A stretch of 64,000 bases of DNA from an uncultured Spirochaetota bacterium (GCA_963783575.1 CAWAOD010000005.1:160001-224000), one strand, 5' to 3'; positions 31,669 through 44,344 are shown, numbered from the stretch's first letter. Program-made: numbers and translations. The notes: a model not told the origin generated them from the letters alone.

Positions 31669-33393
31669 TCACCTCAAATGTAGTTTGAGATAAGTGAATA
31701 CACCGTCTAGTGCATCGGGAACATCTGGGTGAGGCCATGAGGAAAAATCTGATTGACTCCAGATGAAAGGTTTGCCATCATAGTAAGCTGTACCGTAACG
31801 CATCCAAAATCCTCGTACATTGGAGGTCAAGTCAATTTTCCCTGAAAGTCTTTCAAAATCGCGGACCATGCTGGCTGTGATAACTTTAGCGTCAATAGCC
31901 CCGAAAGGTGCGGTTCCAAATTCATCCAGATAAGGTTCTATCGCAAGATCGAAGCGGGACATAATGTTGTCCCTGGTATTGGGTTCTGCATATGTAATAA
32001 GCGATTTGGCTGTATTGATATCGTTTACGCCATTAATAAGATTCTTGAGCTCGCTTTCGCGGTTTGTCCAGATGATATCACTTTCACCGCACTGCAAATC
32101 ATTTCTGGCAAGCAAAGTCGGGGAATAATTGTATCCCAGAATGTATCGGGATGTCACCATACCAGTGTCATATTCTGTTGATTGTCCTTTGGGGAGAGTT
32201 GTTACTGAATAAGGACCACCCCAGGACTTTAACAAAATGAAATTCTTGTATGACATGTCCACAAGACCGATCTCGCCGGTGTTTGCATTTACCAACATGT
32301 ATGCGTTCATATAGGTTCCGGTGTTATCCAGCGAAATGTACTGGAAGAATTCGTCCAGTGATTCGGAAAATTCTTCAGCCAGGGCTGAACGCCAGAAGAT
32401 GAATATGCCGTCAGTCTTAGTCTGGGTGTAGTTATATCTACTGGTTGTTTCATTGAACATCAGTCCCTTGTTGTTGAATCCGAAATCCGTTTGGGATCCG
32501 ATCTGACCGGGACCGTAAGTGTTTACGCTCACCATGTCACCGTTGACATTGATAGTCATTGACATGGTCATAGAGAGATACCAGGCCCAGGTATTGTGTG
32601 CCATAACTATGTCTCCATCGATCCGTTTAACGAAAGCTGAACACCTTAAAGGGTTCATGTTTCTCCTTTTCGTCCACGGGGACGCCTTCTTAGTGGCTTT
32701 CGTAGTACTTAAAGAAGCGGATACGGACGGTAAATTATAGAAAACATCCCAGAAATCCATTACCGCATTTATGAAATAGACATCCATGAACGTGAGGCTT
32801 GTACCATAACCGGTCTGCAATTCAGCAGCTTTGAAGTATTTGGAATCCGGCAGGAACCTGCCTGAAAAATCCAGATTCTCGGGATGTACACGTGTGGCTC
32901 CGTGATAGATGCCCAGCATTCGGAATAAGAGCCGTTTGAGACCATACACCGCTTTGGGATTCGAACTTGTTTTCAGGTATTCTATGAAGTAATTGAAGTT
33001 CTGGTTCATAATGGAATTTGCTGCAGCAAGTTCATCACTGGAAGGACCTGGAGACCACTGGTTGTCTCGAGCTGAGGCAATCGTGCTTCCTTGCAAGTGT
33101 CCCTGGATGAAACCTGCCTGATACTCTGCTTTGAACACATTGTCATCCCTGGAGACCACAGTCAGGTTGGCGATGTTGTTAACCATCTCCAGGACACCCG
33201 ATGCCCCGGGATTCAAGACATAGTTGACAAGACCGGACTTGTTTGGTACATTGATTACATTTTCAAGTTGTAAAGTCGTGTCTGACTTTCCTTCTTTATT
33301 ATCGCTGCCTACCGTCAGCGAACAACTGAAAATTAAGCTTAAAATTACTAAGCTTAAAACCGTCAAAAAAACTTTTCTCATTTTATCCTCCAT
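31669..33393 (-). CDS. Phospholipase B-like (Ntn-hydrolase) lipoprotein
   Basis: Lipobox IFSC. CSAFVK..AHNTW, ETT, NTGTYMN and GAIDAKV resemble the phospholipase B-like family. Confidence 0.75.
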   Translation of the reverse strand: MEDKMRKVFLTVLSLVILSLIFSCSLTVGSDNKEGKSDTTLQLENVINVPNKSGLVNYVLNPGASGVLEMVNNIANLTVVSRDDNVFKAEYQAGFIQGHLQGSTIASARDNQWSPGPSSDELAAANSIMNQNFNYFIEYLKTSSNPKAVYGLKRLLFRMLGIYHGATRVHPENLDFSGRFLPDSKYFKAAELQTGYGTSLTFMDVYFINAVMDFWDVFYNLPSVSASLSTTKATKKASPWTKRRNMNPLRCSAFVKRIDGDIVMAHNTWAWYLSMTMSMTINVNGDMVSVNTYGPGQIGSQTDFGFNNKGLMFNETTSRYNYTQTKTDGIFIFWRSALAEEFSESLDEFFQYISLDNTGTYMNAYMLVNANTGEIGLVDMSYKNFILLKSWGGPYSVTTLPKGQSTEYDTGMVTSRYILGYNYSPTLLARNDLQCGESDIIWTNRESELKNLINGVNDINTAKSLITYAEPNTRDNIMSRFDLAIEPYLDEFGTAPFGAIDAKVITASMVRDFERLSGKIDLTSNVRGFWMRYGTAYYDGKPFIWSQSDFSSWPHPDVPDALDGVFTYLKLHLR

Positions 33394-33831
33394 AAATTTA
33401 TTGTAAAAAGGCTGTGTGGACCTTTCGTTACCTCTGTATCAACCGATAAATTTTTGGTTTATCGATATACAATTTGTTTTTATGGTTTCTTGGTTTACTA
33501 ATAGGAAAAATTATAATCAGAAGCTGGTAAAAACTCAAAAAAAGATGAGATAGGAAGATTCGACGAAACAACTTGCGTAAATGAAAATTTGTGGCTACAA
33601 TATTTCAGTTCGGAGAAACATTCTTTAAGCGTTCGGTCCAGACTGGTCCTTTTCAGAAACACCGGTGCAGGATAAATTCAGCTGGTATTGCTAAAGTTCT
33701 GCACCACTAAACATACTTTGATATTTTTCAAATAATTTCCTGATGTTATTCCGAGCATTCCTGAAGTAGACAATCAAAGAAGCAGTATCAACTCCCATTG
33801 ACTTTGGAGGATATTAAATATAAAATTTCTT

Positions 33832-36800
33832 ATGGAAAATAAAATGATAAATAATCGTTATGAGATTGTCAGGCAGATCGATGAAGGGGGGATATCGAAG
33901 GTATACCTGGCGAGGGATATTGAGACGAAGGGCGAGGTAGTGGTCAGGACGCTGAAGAAGGAAATAATATCGAGCAGGATAGAAGATATCATTCGTTTCC
34001 GGAATGAAGCTGCGATATTATCCCGGCTGGACCATCCGAATATTGTCAAGTTATATGAAACCGCTGAATTTGAAGGACAGAATTATATAGTAATGGAGTA
34101 TATTCCCGGGGAAAGTTTGTATAAAATCATTAAAAGCGGGAAAAAGTTTCTGGAGAGAGAAATAATAGAAATGACGATCCAGATATGCAGTTCTCTGGAT
34201 TATATACACCCGATGAGCATAATTCATAGGGATTTGAAGCCTGGCAATATTATGGTGCATACCGATATGAAAGGTGAGCTTCATATTAAAACTATTGATT
34301 TTGGCCTGGCATTTTTAAAGGAATACTCCTCAATAAAAGGCATAGAAGATATAGCCGGGACCTTCTGTTACATGCCGCCGGAACAGTTCGGGGTCATCAG
34401 TGGAGGCGTGGACGAGAGGAGCGACCTATACTCGCTGGGGATTATCTTATACCAGCTGTTAACGGGGGTCCTGCCTTTTGAGGGAGAAACCCCGGGCTCT
34501 ATTATCCACCGGCAGATCGCGATGATTCCGGAGACCCCTTCTTATTATAATAAATCCATATCGGAAACTCTTGATAAAATTGTATTGAAGCTCCTGGAGA
34601 AGGAGCCGGACAGGCGTTACCAATCGGCGAAAGGCCTGCTCTTCGACCTGGAAAAGTACAAAAAAGGGGAGCGGAATTTCCATCCGGGCATACATGACAA
34701 GCATATAAAATTGACATTTAAAACGGGGCTGATATCGCGGGAGGAAGAATTCAGCGCCATAAAGGAATTATACGATAAAGCCCGGAAAGGTGAGGGGAGT
34801 GTCTGTTTTATCAGCGGGGAAGCGGGGAAAGGTAAGACCAGGCTGGCTGAAGAGTTGAGGAGCCATGTCTATACTGAAGGCGGCGTTTTTATAGATGGGA
34901 AATGCTTTGCCGGGAAGAGCAAGACGCCATACGGTCCATTTAAGGACGCCCTCAACATTTATTTAAAGATATACCAGGGTTATCAGGAAGAAAAAAAGCA
35001 GGATATTAAGAATAAGTTAAACGAGATGACGGGTGATCTCTGCGGCCTGATCCTGCAGCTTAACCCGTCATTTTCAGTGATTTTTAATAAAAGACCGGAA
35101 TTGGTAAGGCTTGAGATTGACAGGGAAAAGAAGAGATTTTTAATGGTTGTGGGGCAATTTTTCCTGAATCTCAGCAGTGTTGACAATAAGATGGTCATAT
35201 TCCTTGATGATTTACAGTGGGCGGATGAAGGCAGCATGGACCTGTTAACCGAAATATCGGGGGAATTGAGTAAATATCCGCTATTCATCATCGGGACATA
35301 CCGCAATGATGAAATAAGTTCGGACCATAAGCTTATCTCATATAAAGAAAAAGCCGCAATAAATCAATATCCGTATCATGAAATATACCTTGAAGAGTTT
35401 AGTAGGGTGGTTGTCAAGAAATTAGTTATCTCATTACTTTACGCGAAGGTGGAGAATATAGAAGAGATATCTGATGTGATCCATAAGAAGAGTAAGGGGA
35501 ACCCGTTCTTTGCGATAGAGATCCTCAAACAGTTCGTGAGTGAGAATATCTTATACTATAAAGAGAATTCCTGGGTAATTGACGCTGGCAAACTGAGGGG
35601 AGTGGAGATAGCGTCGACGATAGTTGATATAGTGATGAAGAGAATATCACTGTTAAGTGATGAGGAAACGAAGGTCCTTTCCTATGCTGCGGTGATAGGA
35701 AGAAGGTTTGACGCCGGGATATTGTTCCGCCTGCTGGACTATGAAGCGCCGGAGATCATCCGGATAGTGGACCGGGCGATCAAGCTGCAGCTCCTGGAGG
35801 AAGACATACAGGAAAAAGGGAAGATATTATTTGCGCATGACCGGATCAAAGAGGCTTTTTATAAAAAGTGCGGGGAGGGAGAGAGAAAACTGCTGCACAG
35901 GCGGATAGGCAAAACGATGGAGGAGATGAACCGGGGTGATAAAGAGAAAGTGATCTTTGATCTGGCATATCATTATATAGAGGGTGAAGAAGAAGAGAAG
36001 ATTCTGGAATACGCTTACCCCGCCGGGATCAAAGCGAAAGAAAATTACGCTTATGAAGAAGCGATAAGGTGTTTATCTTTCATAAACAGAATAACGGAAG
36101 GAAAAGGAGAGGAAGGTAAGGAACTATGGATAAATACGAACAGGAATATTATTGAAATCTACCTGGTAATCGGAAAAAATGATGAGGCGATAGAAATCAG
36201 CGGTAAAATATTACCATTTATCGCGGATAAGTTAAACAAAGCGGAAATATGTAAGCAAATAAGCACAGCTTATTTTAAAAAAGGAGACTGGAGGAACTGT
36301 GAAGAATACGGAAGAAAAGGTTTATCATTGCTGGGAGAAAAGCTGCCAGTTGAAAATGTCGCAATAATATTTAGAATCATAAATGACTCTTAAAGCATAT
36401 TTTACATCAGTTGTTTCCAAAAATATTTATAAAAAATATTGGGAATCGCGATATTGAGAAATATAAATTAATAGTATGGTTTTATATAACATTAAACTGG
36501 ATGTATTCATTAAGCGATATTGTCAAAATGGTAGGGAATCAATTGAGGATGTTAAATATTTCAGAAAGCAAGATCGGAAAATCACGAGAATTGGGATTGA
36601 GTATGGGAGCATATGCCGGAATATGCATGGCAATCCCGCTATTTCGCCATTCAATCGAGTTTCATGAAAAAGCCCTTCAGTTAAGAAAAGAAATGAACGA
36701 TCAATGGGGTATTGCGCAGTCATTGCAATTGCTTGGATTTTGTTATCAATGGAAAGGAGATTATGAGAAGAGTAATAATTATTTTTTAGAAAGTTATGAC

Positions 36801-39244
36801 AAATTCAAAAAAATGGGCGATTTATGGGAAGTTAAAATGGTTTTACAGGGGATGGATTTGAATTATTTATGGTTAGGCGATTATAAAAAAAGCCTGGAAT
36901 TAATTGATCAATACCTGAAAATAAGTGAACAGTTGAATGATAATTATGGAATATGCAGCGCTATGAGCGACTACGCCTTAGTCAATTATCAAAGAGGGAA
37001 TTACGATCAGGCGTTGAAATACGCCGAAAAATCATTAATCATATCGGAAGAACATAAGATAGTATTAATCGATTGTCTTGTTAATATTTATATGGGAAAT
37101 GTATTAAATGAGTTTGGTGATTATAAAAAAAGCATTGAACACCTTGAAAGAGCATATGAATTATATGAGAATAATAACCTGCTGGAATATTACTCGGTCT
37201 TTATTTATTCTTATCTTGCGGAAGCATATTTAATTGAATTTACCAATTTGTATTCTCATAAAATCAAAGGCAAGAAAAAAGAGTTAAATAAGATAAAAAA
37301 ATTATGTAAAAAGGCCCTATTAAAAACCAGGCCATGGAAAGCCCATTATAGTGAAACGTTGCGGATTAGCGCCAGATATTACAGCTTTATCGGTAAAACA
37401 AAAAAAGCCGAGCGTTTGCTTTTGCAGAGTATAAATATAAACACCAAATTAGGGAAACCACATGATCTTGCACTGGGGCTTTATGAGTATGGTAAGCTTT
37501 TAAAAGAAACAGGACGTGCGGAGGAAGCGAAAAAGCGTATTGAGTCTTCTTATATAATATTGAAAGAGATTGACTCTAAAGTCTACTTGAAGAGAGTATC
37601 GGATATGCTCGGAATAAACGAAAAAGAGGAGAAGGACGATATGGATTCTATTCAAAAGCTTAAGTACAGGGAAAGATTATCATCCATAATAAAAGTCAGC
37701 CAGACAATCAGTTCGATACTCAACCTGGACCTTCTGCTGAAAAATATTGTCACACTGGCCATGGAAATTACCGGAGCCCAGAGGGGTTATCTTTTCATAA
37801 AAGACGAGGTTTCAGGGGAACTTGTCCTGAAAGTTAAGAAATTCATAAACGAGGGGAAAATCGATTCCAGGCCGTCTGTTATATATTCCGGAAATATCGT
37901 TAAAGCAGTTTTTAAAACCGGGGAGGCTGTTCTCTTAAACGACGCGGAACAGGATGCCGATTATTCAAAATATAACAGTGTAGTCCTGCACAGGCTGAAA
38001 TCCATTCTCTGTGTTCCCATTAAACATCAAAACACGATCCTGGGTGTATGCTATTTTGATAACCCGCTCTCCTCATCCGTTTTTTCCGCTGAAGATCAAG
38101 AAATCCTGGAAGCCATAATGACGCAGGCCGCCATATCCATAGAAAACGCCAGACTCTATGAAATAACGAAAATAATGAAAGAGAAAGCCGAGAATGAAGT
38201 GGAAAAACTGACCATTCATATTTTACAGAAGCAGGAAAAACAGCTTGACGAAAAAAGCTCCCTGGTCTATCAGAGCCCCCAGATGCAGGAGGTTGTCGGT
38301 AAGGTCAGCCAGGCCGTAAAAATATCCAGACCGATTTTGATCACGGGTGAGACAGGCACGGGAAAGGAACTTATAGCAAAACTCATTCATTATTCGGGAA
38401 AATATCAAAATGAGCCATTCATTGCTTTAAACTGTGCGACTATTCCCCCAGCTATCTGGGAAGCGGAGCTGTTCGGTCATGTCAAAGGGTCATTTACCGA
38501 CGCGAAAGCGAACCGTGAAGGCCGGGTTACGGCGGTGAGAAAGGGACTCTCTTTTTTGACGAAATCGGTGAAATGCCTCTAGACATTCAATCCAAAATTC
38601 TTCGTCTTCTGCAGGAAAATCAATACAGTCCCATCGGGAGCAATAAAGTATTGACTTCTAACTGCCGGTTTGTTTTTGCCACGAACAGGAAAGTGGAGGA
38701 AATGATCAATGAGGGGAAATTCAGGAAAGACCTTTATTACAGGATCAATGTCTTTAATATTCATATACCGCCGTTAAGGGAAAGAAAAGAAGACATTCCC
38801 GTTTTGCTGGATTATTTTGTTAAGCAGTATTCCAGTGAGTTCGGTCTTCCTGGAAATCTTGAAGTTGAAAAGAAAGCGATGAATAAGATTATTAATTACA
38901 GTTGGCCTGGAAACATCAGGGAAATGGAAAACTTTGTCATCCGCGCACTGGCTCTTTTATCCGACTCGGAAAACGATAAAAACGTATTGAAGTTAAATCA
39001 CTTCCCGTCCAGTATTGAAGCTGTTTTTCAGAATGATGAAATAAAAAAGGAAGTAAAAGCGGCCGGAGAGGATCAGGAGGTCATAATTAACGGAAATTAT
39101 GACGAGCTTGTCAACCAGTATTCAAAATTTCTGATCCAGCAGGCGCTCAAGCGGTCATTCGGAAACATCAGGATTGCCGCCGAAATACTGGGCGTTAAGC
39201 GGACTACTCTGAATGATAAGATAAAAATCCTTAATATAAAATGA
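33832..39244 (+). CDS. Ser/Thr kinase-NTPase-TPR-GAF-sigma54 activator-HTH fusion, copy 1, frameshifted near 36385 and 38540
   Basis: Colinear with the intact paralog at 49691-55099. At 36385 one G is missing relative to copy 2 (AATGACTC vs AATGAGCTC). Confidence 0.88.
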
Positions 39245-39339
39245 ATAAATCCGTATTTGAGCGCTTGTGCACATTCGATCCTGCTTCATAATTATTCATA
39301 ATAATCAGCCTGCCCGGTTTTATAAATAATACGGCAGGA

Positions 39340-39525
39340 GACGTTTAAACGTCCAAATCAGACGGTTTTCCGTCATCTTTATCCCCAAAAAAGCGAATGA
39401 TTCTAAACAAAAAAACATTTATCTTGGGAATTTATTAATTTCTCAATTTCATATAATGCAAAGAATTATCCTCATCTGGCATATTCAAATCACAATTCCG
39501 AATCTTATCCTGGCATACGATTTGC
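39340..39525 (+). promoter_or_regulatory. Cassette 1: paired palindromes GACGTTTAAACGTC / GACGGTTTTCCGTC plus sigma54 promoter TGGCATACGATTTGC (39511-39525)
   Basis: Canonical -24/-12 spacing. The block recurs six times. Confidence 0.8.
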
Positions 39526-39928
39526 TTATAATCACTATAAATATGAGTTGAAAAAAATGGATCGCTGTAAAAATAGAAAATAGCTTTTTTATAGTTAATT
39601 TGATTGAAGCATACTTCTATTGAAAAGAAATAATTCACAGGAAGATTAGAAGCGATGCCCTAAGTATGTCGAAGGGTCGGGTATTGGAAGTAGGCAAAAA
39701 TTATATTTTAATTTCAATCCAAATCCAAAACATATTGATAAGTAGCCACTAATTACACTAAAACGAATAAATAATAATTAGTGTAAATTCGTTCAATTAG
39801 CGGCTAAGATTCTTTATCACTTCCCGTCTTCCTGTGAAAAAAATTTATACCGACTGAAATAGTATTAAGTTATAAACTTATAATAACAAAACTTTTGACA
39901 TTACAATAATCTATAAAAGGAGGATTTT

Positions 39929-40972
39929 ATGAAGAAAGTGTTGGCAATAATCATTGAAATAATGATTATTACGTGTGTTTTCGTTTTATCAGGCTGCAAT
40001 TTATCGCCTGGACCGGGCAATGATAAAAAATCCGGATCCAGTGCCAATGAGCCTATTTCCACAAGCAGCGGGCCAAAAAGGGCAGTTACGGCCAGTCAGG
40101 TACAACAGCTGGCGTATCCTTATGCTGGCTACCCTTTCATAAGCGGGGCGCAGGGCGAAATCTGCAAAGATCCGAACAATCCGCTTAAGCCAACATATGA
40201 TATCGGCTACATGCAAGACGGAGCTGTTTGCAATTATCCGAATGTAAGCTTTCCTTACGGAATGGTAAATTTTACTGCCAGTGTAGCAAGCGGGGGAAGC
40301 GGCGGAACCATCGAAGTATGGGGAGGATATCCCTCTACAAAGTTGTTCCAAATCAGTGTTAATAATACCGGTGGATGGCAGAATTGGACTACTGTAAGTT
40401 GCCATATTCCCAATTACGCAGGCCTGAATCTGGGTAACACAGGTTTTACTCTTATATTTCACGGTGTATCAGGCAACATGTTCAACATTGACTCGGTTAC
40501 ATTTCAAGGACTAGCTACTCCTACTTCCGGTGGAGCAATTTTCAACAAAATGTCCATCCAACAGTTTAAAAACAAAATGATGGCTATGCCAGATTATCAA
40601 AAGGGTACGCAAGCCCAAATAACGGCTCTGGCTAGTGGCGCATACGGAATATGGGCTTATCCATTTGGAGGACATTATCAGCTAGTTAGCCCTTATACTT
40701 ATAACAACCAAGGGGTCACAACTTTAGTATTAGGAGTAGATGCCGGTTCAACGGACGATGGCGCCAGGATTATTCAATGGACTATTGATAATCCTGAGAC
40801 CGCTAATCAGTTATGGGATTTTGTGCCTGTCGGCGACGGAAGCTACAAAATTCAAAACGTTGGCAGCGGTAAGTTCATAGGCGTTGATGCCTGTATAATT
40901 GCCGATGGCAGACCGTTAATTCAATGGCATGATGATGGATTCTCTGATAAGCAGTGGATATTCATGGATTGA
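39929..40972 (+). CDS. Lipoprotein with CBM6-like and ricin-B (CBM13-like) domains and no catalytic domain
   Basis: LSGC lipobox. VASGGSGGTIEV..NTGGWQNW (CBM6). QW/QLW ricin repeats. Confidence 0.8.
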   Translation: MKKVLAIIIEIMIITCVFVLSGCNLSPGPGNDKKSGSSANEPISTSSGPKRAVTASQVQQLAYPYAGYPFISGAQGEICKDPNNPLKPTYDIGYMQDGAVCNYPNVSFPYGMVNFTASVASGGSGGTIEVWGGYPSTKLFQISVNNTGGWQNWTTVSCHIPNYAGLNLGNTGFTLIFHGVSGNMFNIDSVTFQGLATPTSGGAIFNKMSIQQFKNKMMAMPDYQKGTQAQITALASGAYGIWAYPFGGHYQLVSPYTYNNQGVTTLVLGVDAGSTDDGARIIQWTIDNPETANQLWDFVPVGDGSYKIQNVGSGKFIGVDACIIADGRPLIQWHDDGFSDKQWIFMD

Positions 40973-41010
40973 TCTTAATCTTGACTGTTAAAAAGATCCA
41001 TAAATAAACA

Positions 41011-41051
41011 GGGGGCAAGGAAGCGTTTTAGGCAATCCTTGCCCCTCTCTT
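41011..41051 (+). terminator. Conserved terminator-like hairpin GGGGCAAGGA...TCCTTGCCCC (also at about 43824-43858, 57475-57508 and 62068-62100)
   Basis: GC-rich inverted repeat just after each lectin-domain gene, followed by a pyrimidine-rich tract. Confidence 0.7.
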
Positions 41052-41198
41052 TGATCTCATTTGTTACCTATCAACTTTTTCAGGAATTAAAATATATGGA
41101 ACAGCGATTTTGAAAAATATTACCAAACCTTATGCACACTGTTTCATAATCATCCATGATAATAATCACCCTGCCCGGTTTTATAAATATTATGGCAA

Positions 41199-41381
41199 GA
41201 CGTTTAAACGTCCAAATCAGACGGTTTTCCGTCTTATTTATCTTCAAAAAAGCAAACGATACTATACAAAAAAATTTTGCCATGGAATTTTTTAATTTCT
41301 CATTTTCAGATAATGCAAGGAATTATCCTCATTCGGCATATTCAAATCACAATTCCTGACCCATCCTGGCATACGGTTTGC
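41199..41381 (+). promoter_or_regulatory. Cassette 2: paired GAC-N8-GTC palindromes plus sigma54 promoter TGGCATACGGTTTGC (41367-41381)
   Basis: Near copy of cassette 1. Confidence 0.8.
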
Positions 41382-41821
41382 GTATAAACTTTTTAATAAG
41401 AGTGAGAAAAATGGATCACTGTAAAAATAGAAAATAGCTTTTTTATATTTAATCCGATTGAAGCATACTTCAATTGAAAAGAAATAATTCACAGAAAGAC
41501 TGGAAGCGATGTACTGAGTATGATGTACTGAGTATATTGAAAGGTCAGGAAGCTTATCTTGAGCTGAGTCTGTTGAAGTATCGAAGGGTCAGGTATTGGG
41601 GTTGGGTGATCACAATCAAAGACGGACGGATATATAGCCACTAATTGCACTAAAACGAATAAATAATAATTAGTGTAAATTCCTACAATTAGAGGCTAAG
41701 ATTCTTCATCACTTCCCGTCTTCCTGTGAAAACAAATTTATGCCGACTGAAATAGTATTAAGTTATCAGCTTATATTAGCAATACTTTTGACATTACCTT
41801 AATCCAAAAGAGGAGGATTTT

Positions 41822-43783
41822 ATGAAGCCAGTGTTGGCAATAATCATTGAAATGATGATTATTTCGTGTATTTTCGTTTTATCAGGCTGCAGTTTGACAC
41901 CTCAAGAGAAAAATGCATCCAAATCCGCATCAGCAGGGCCCGTAAATAACGCACCGTTATTACACACAGGCCCGAACTTTAGTGTCGGTACCCCATCCAC
42001 TTACGGAACACCTTTATTTACGTACCGTAATTCTTCAGACCCCCATTCATACGTCTTCAATGGAGTGCTTTACCTTTACACTTCGTGCGATTTAAACGGG
42101 CAGGGTGCGCCGACATATCCGATGAATACCACATATTGTTATTCGACTTCCGATTTGATTAACTGGACTGATAATGGTGCAATGGTAACAGAAAGTCAAC
42201 TTCCATGGGCTTCGCAGGTCAATGGGATGTGGGCGCCTTGCGCTGCTTACAAAAACGGAACATATTATCTTTATGTACCTGAGAAAATAAATCAGGATGG
42301 ATCCCAAATGAGAATCGGTGTATGCACTGGCAGTACTCCAACGGGCACATTTGCACCTCCGCAGAATTATATGACAATACCAACCGTAGCGAACGCCCCC
42401 CAGGGGGATTTTAATTCCGACCCCTATGTGTTTATTGATACCGGCGGCACTCCATATATGCTATATTGCGACGGGAATAACCCGCAAGGGAGGGTATGCA
42501 TAGTACAGATGGACAACATGACAACAATAACTAAAACGCCTGTTACAATAGATTCAAGAATAACTGGCGGTAACCCGCCTCAGAATCAATTTGAGGAAGG
42601 CGCAAGATTAATTTTAACTAACGGCACATACTACCTGTACTATCCGGCTTCCGTTAACTCCGTCAACGAATACCTGGTTTATGCTACATCCACTACCGGC
42701 CCGATGGGGCCATATACTTACAAGGGCCAATTTATGAAGGCAAACCAAGGTGAATGGACTATTCAGGGCGATATTGTTAATTATGATAATAAATGGGTAC
42801 TCTTTTATCACGATACCCCGATGACACCTCAATACGCAAGAATGGTGTGCGCGGAATATTTTAACTTTAATAGCGATTATTCTATTCCTCAGATCAACAG
42901 GACTGTGCAGGGGCTTACGGTAGACCCGACCAATCAGATACAGGCTGCTACTTACTTCAGTCAAGCCGGAGGTCTGCAGACCGAAGCAACCAGTGATCCG
43001 GGCAGCACTCTGGATGTAGGATTTATTCAAAACGGAAGTTATTGTTATTATAGCGGAATTAACTTTATGGCTAATAATGGAACGGGACTCACAGGGTTCA
43101 CTGCACGCGTAGCGAGCGCGACAAGCGGCGGATACATTAAGATATATCAGTACGACCCTTCTAGTGGTATTTTGCTGGGAACCGTATCGGTTCCAGGAAC
43201 CGGGGGCTGGCAGAACTGGGTTACAGTATCATGCTCCTTCGTTAATCCTTCTCCGGGACCGAGAATGAATCAAATTTGTCTTGTGTTTACCGGTCAATCG
43301 GGTTACCTGTTCAACATAGACCGGTTTCAATTTTCGTACAACGGAGGCGTAACTCCCGGTGTTTATACAATTAAGAACAGGAATAGCGGCACCGTGATGG
43401 ATATGCCCCAACCGTATACCAAGGGTACGCAAGCTGATATCCACTCTTATCTTGGTTATAACAATCGGCAGTGGATCATTCAAAATTCAGGGCCCTATAT
43501 TACCATACAGAATAATTACACCAAATTTGTATTAGGAGTAGATGCTGATTCAACGGGGCAGGGCGCTCGCATTATTCAATGGGATGCTAACAGTAAACCT
43601 TCTCAGCAATGGACTCTGGTGCCTGTAACTGGCCAAGGCGTCTCCGGATATTTCTACATTCAAAATGTTAACAGCGGTATGAATATAGGCTGTGATGGCG
43701 GGAAAATTGCCGATGGTACACCGTTAATCCAATGGCCGTATGATGGATCCTTGAATCAGCAGTGGTCATTCCAGGCTCCGTAA
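41822..43783 (+). CDS. GH43 glycoside hydrolase-CBM6-ricin-B lipoprotein
   Basis: SDPH, WAP, SDPYVFID and FEEG GH43 motifs. TGGWQNW CBM6 motif. Ricin QxW repeats. LSGC lipobox. Confidence 0.88.
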   Translation: MKPVLAIIIEMMIISCIFVLSGCSLTPQEKNASKSASAGPVNNAPLLHTGPNFSVGTPSTYGTPLFTYRNSSDPHSYVFNGVLYLYTSCDLNGQGAPTYPMNTTYCYSTSDLINWTDNGAMVTESQLPWASQVNGMWAPCAAYKNGTYYLYVPEKINQDGSQMRIGVCTGSTPTGTFAPPQNYMTIPTVANAPQGDFNSDPYVFIDTGGTPYMLYCDGNNPQGRVCIVQMDNMTTITKTPVTIDSRITGGNPPQNQFEEGARLILTNGTYYLYYPASVNSVNEYLVYATSTTGPMGPYTYKGQFMKANQGEWTIQGDIVNYDNKWVLFYHDTPMTPQYARMVCAEYFNFNSDYSIPQINRTVQGLTVDPTNQIQAATYFSQAGGLQTEATSDPGSTLDVGFIQNGSYCYYSGINFMANNGTGLTGFTARVASATSGGYIKIYQYDPSSGILLGTVSVPGTGGWQNWVTVSCSFVNPSPGPRMNQICLVFTGQSGYLFNIDRFQFSYNGGVTPGVYTIKNRNSGTVMDMPQPYTKGTQADIHSYLGYNNRQWIIQNSGPYITIQNNYTKFVLGVDADSTGQGARIIQWDANSKPSQQWTLVPVTGQGVSGYFYIQNVNSGMNIGCDGGKIADGTPLIQWPYDGSLNQQWSFQAP

Positions 43784-43945
43784 TTTTATACGGACTATTA
43801 TTAAAAAAGATTAATAAATAAAACGGGGCAAGGAAGGGTTTTACATCTTCCTTGCCCCTTCCTTTGATCTCATCTGTTTTATCACGTTTTTACCCGCCTA
43901 GGTATTACATGAAAAAAATCTATATGGAACAAAATTACGTCAGGA

Positions 43946-44129
43946 GACATTTAAACGTCCAAATCAGACGGTTTTTCGTCTTCTTTATCATCAAAAAAGC
44001 GAATGATCCTATACAAAAACATTTACTTTGGGAATCTTTTAATTTCTCATCTTCATATAATATAAGGAATTATCCTCACCCGGCATATTCAAATCACAAT
44101 TCCGGACTCCATCCTGGCATACGATTTGC
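43946..44129 (+). promoter_or_regulatory. Cassette 3: paired GAC-N8-GTC palindromes plus sigma54 promoter TGGCATACGATTTGC (44115-44129)
   Basis: Near copy of cassettes 1 and 2. Confidence 0.8.
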
Positions 44130-44147
44130 TTATAAGCATATTGGTGA

Positions 44148-44317
44148 TGTCAAAAGTTTTACCTGCCTGGCCTGCCTATAACGGGATCTCCGGCAGGAAG
44201 GTGGCAGACAGGTGGGGGGTAGGGGGATTTATTCCTTGAAAGGGGGAGTGAGGTAATTATGAAGTAATTTTATTTATTATAAATAGTTATAAGTTTTAAC
44301 TAATAAAACTTTTGACA
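44148..44317. mobile_element. MITE-like element, 170 bp
   Basis: Perfect 13-bp inverted ends TGTCAAAAGTTTT / AAAACTTTTGACA. Interior shared with 17105-17506. Confidence 0.65.
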
Positions 44318-44344
44318 CTGCAGAATATCAACAAGGGGGATAAA

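Noticed and set aside
39435..44181. Small ORFs 39435-39638, 41080-41492 and 43852-44181 that resemble each other
   Set aside because: They are translations of the repeated promoter cassettes. Frames and stops are not conserved between copies.
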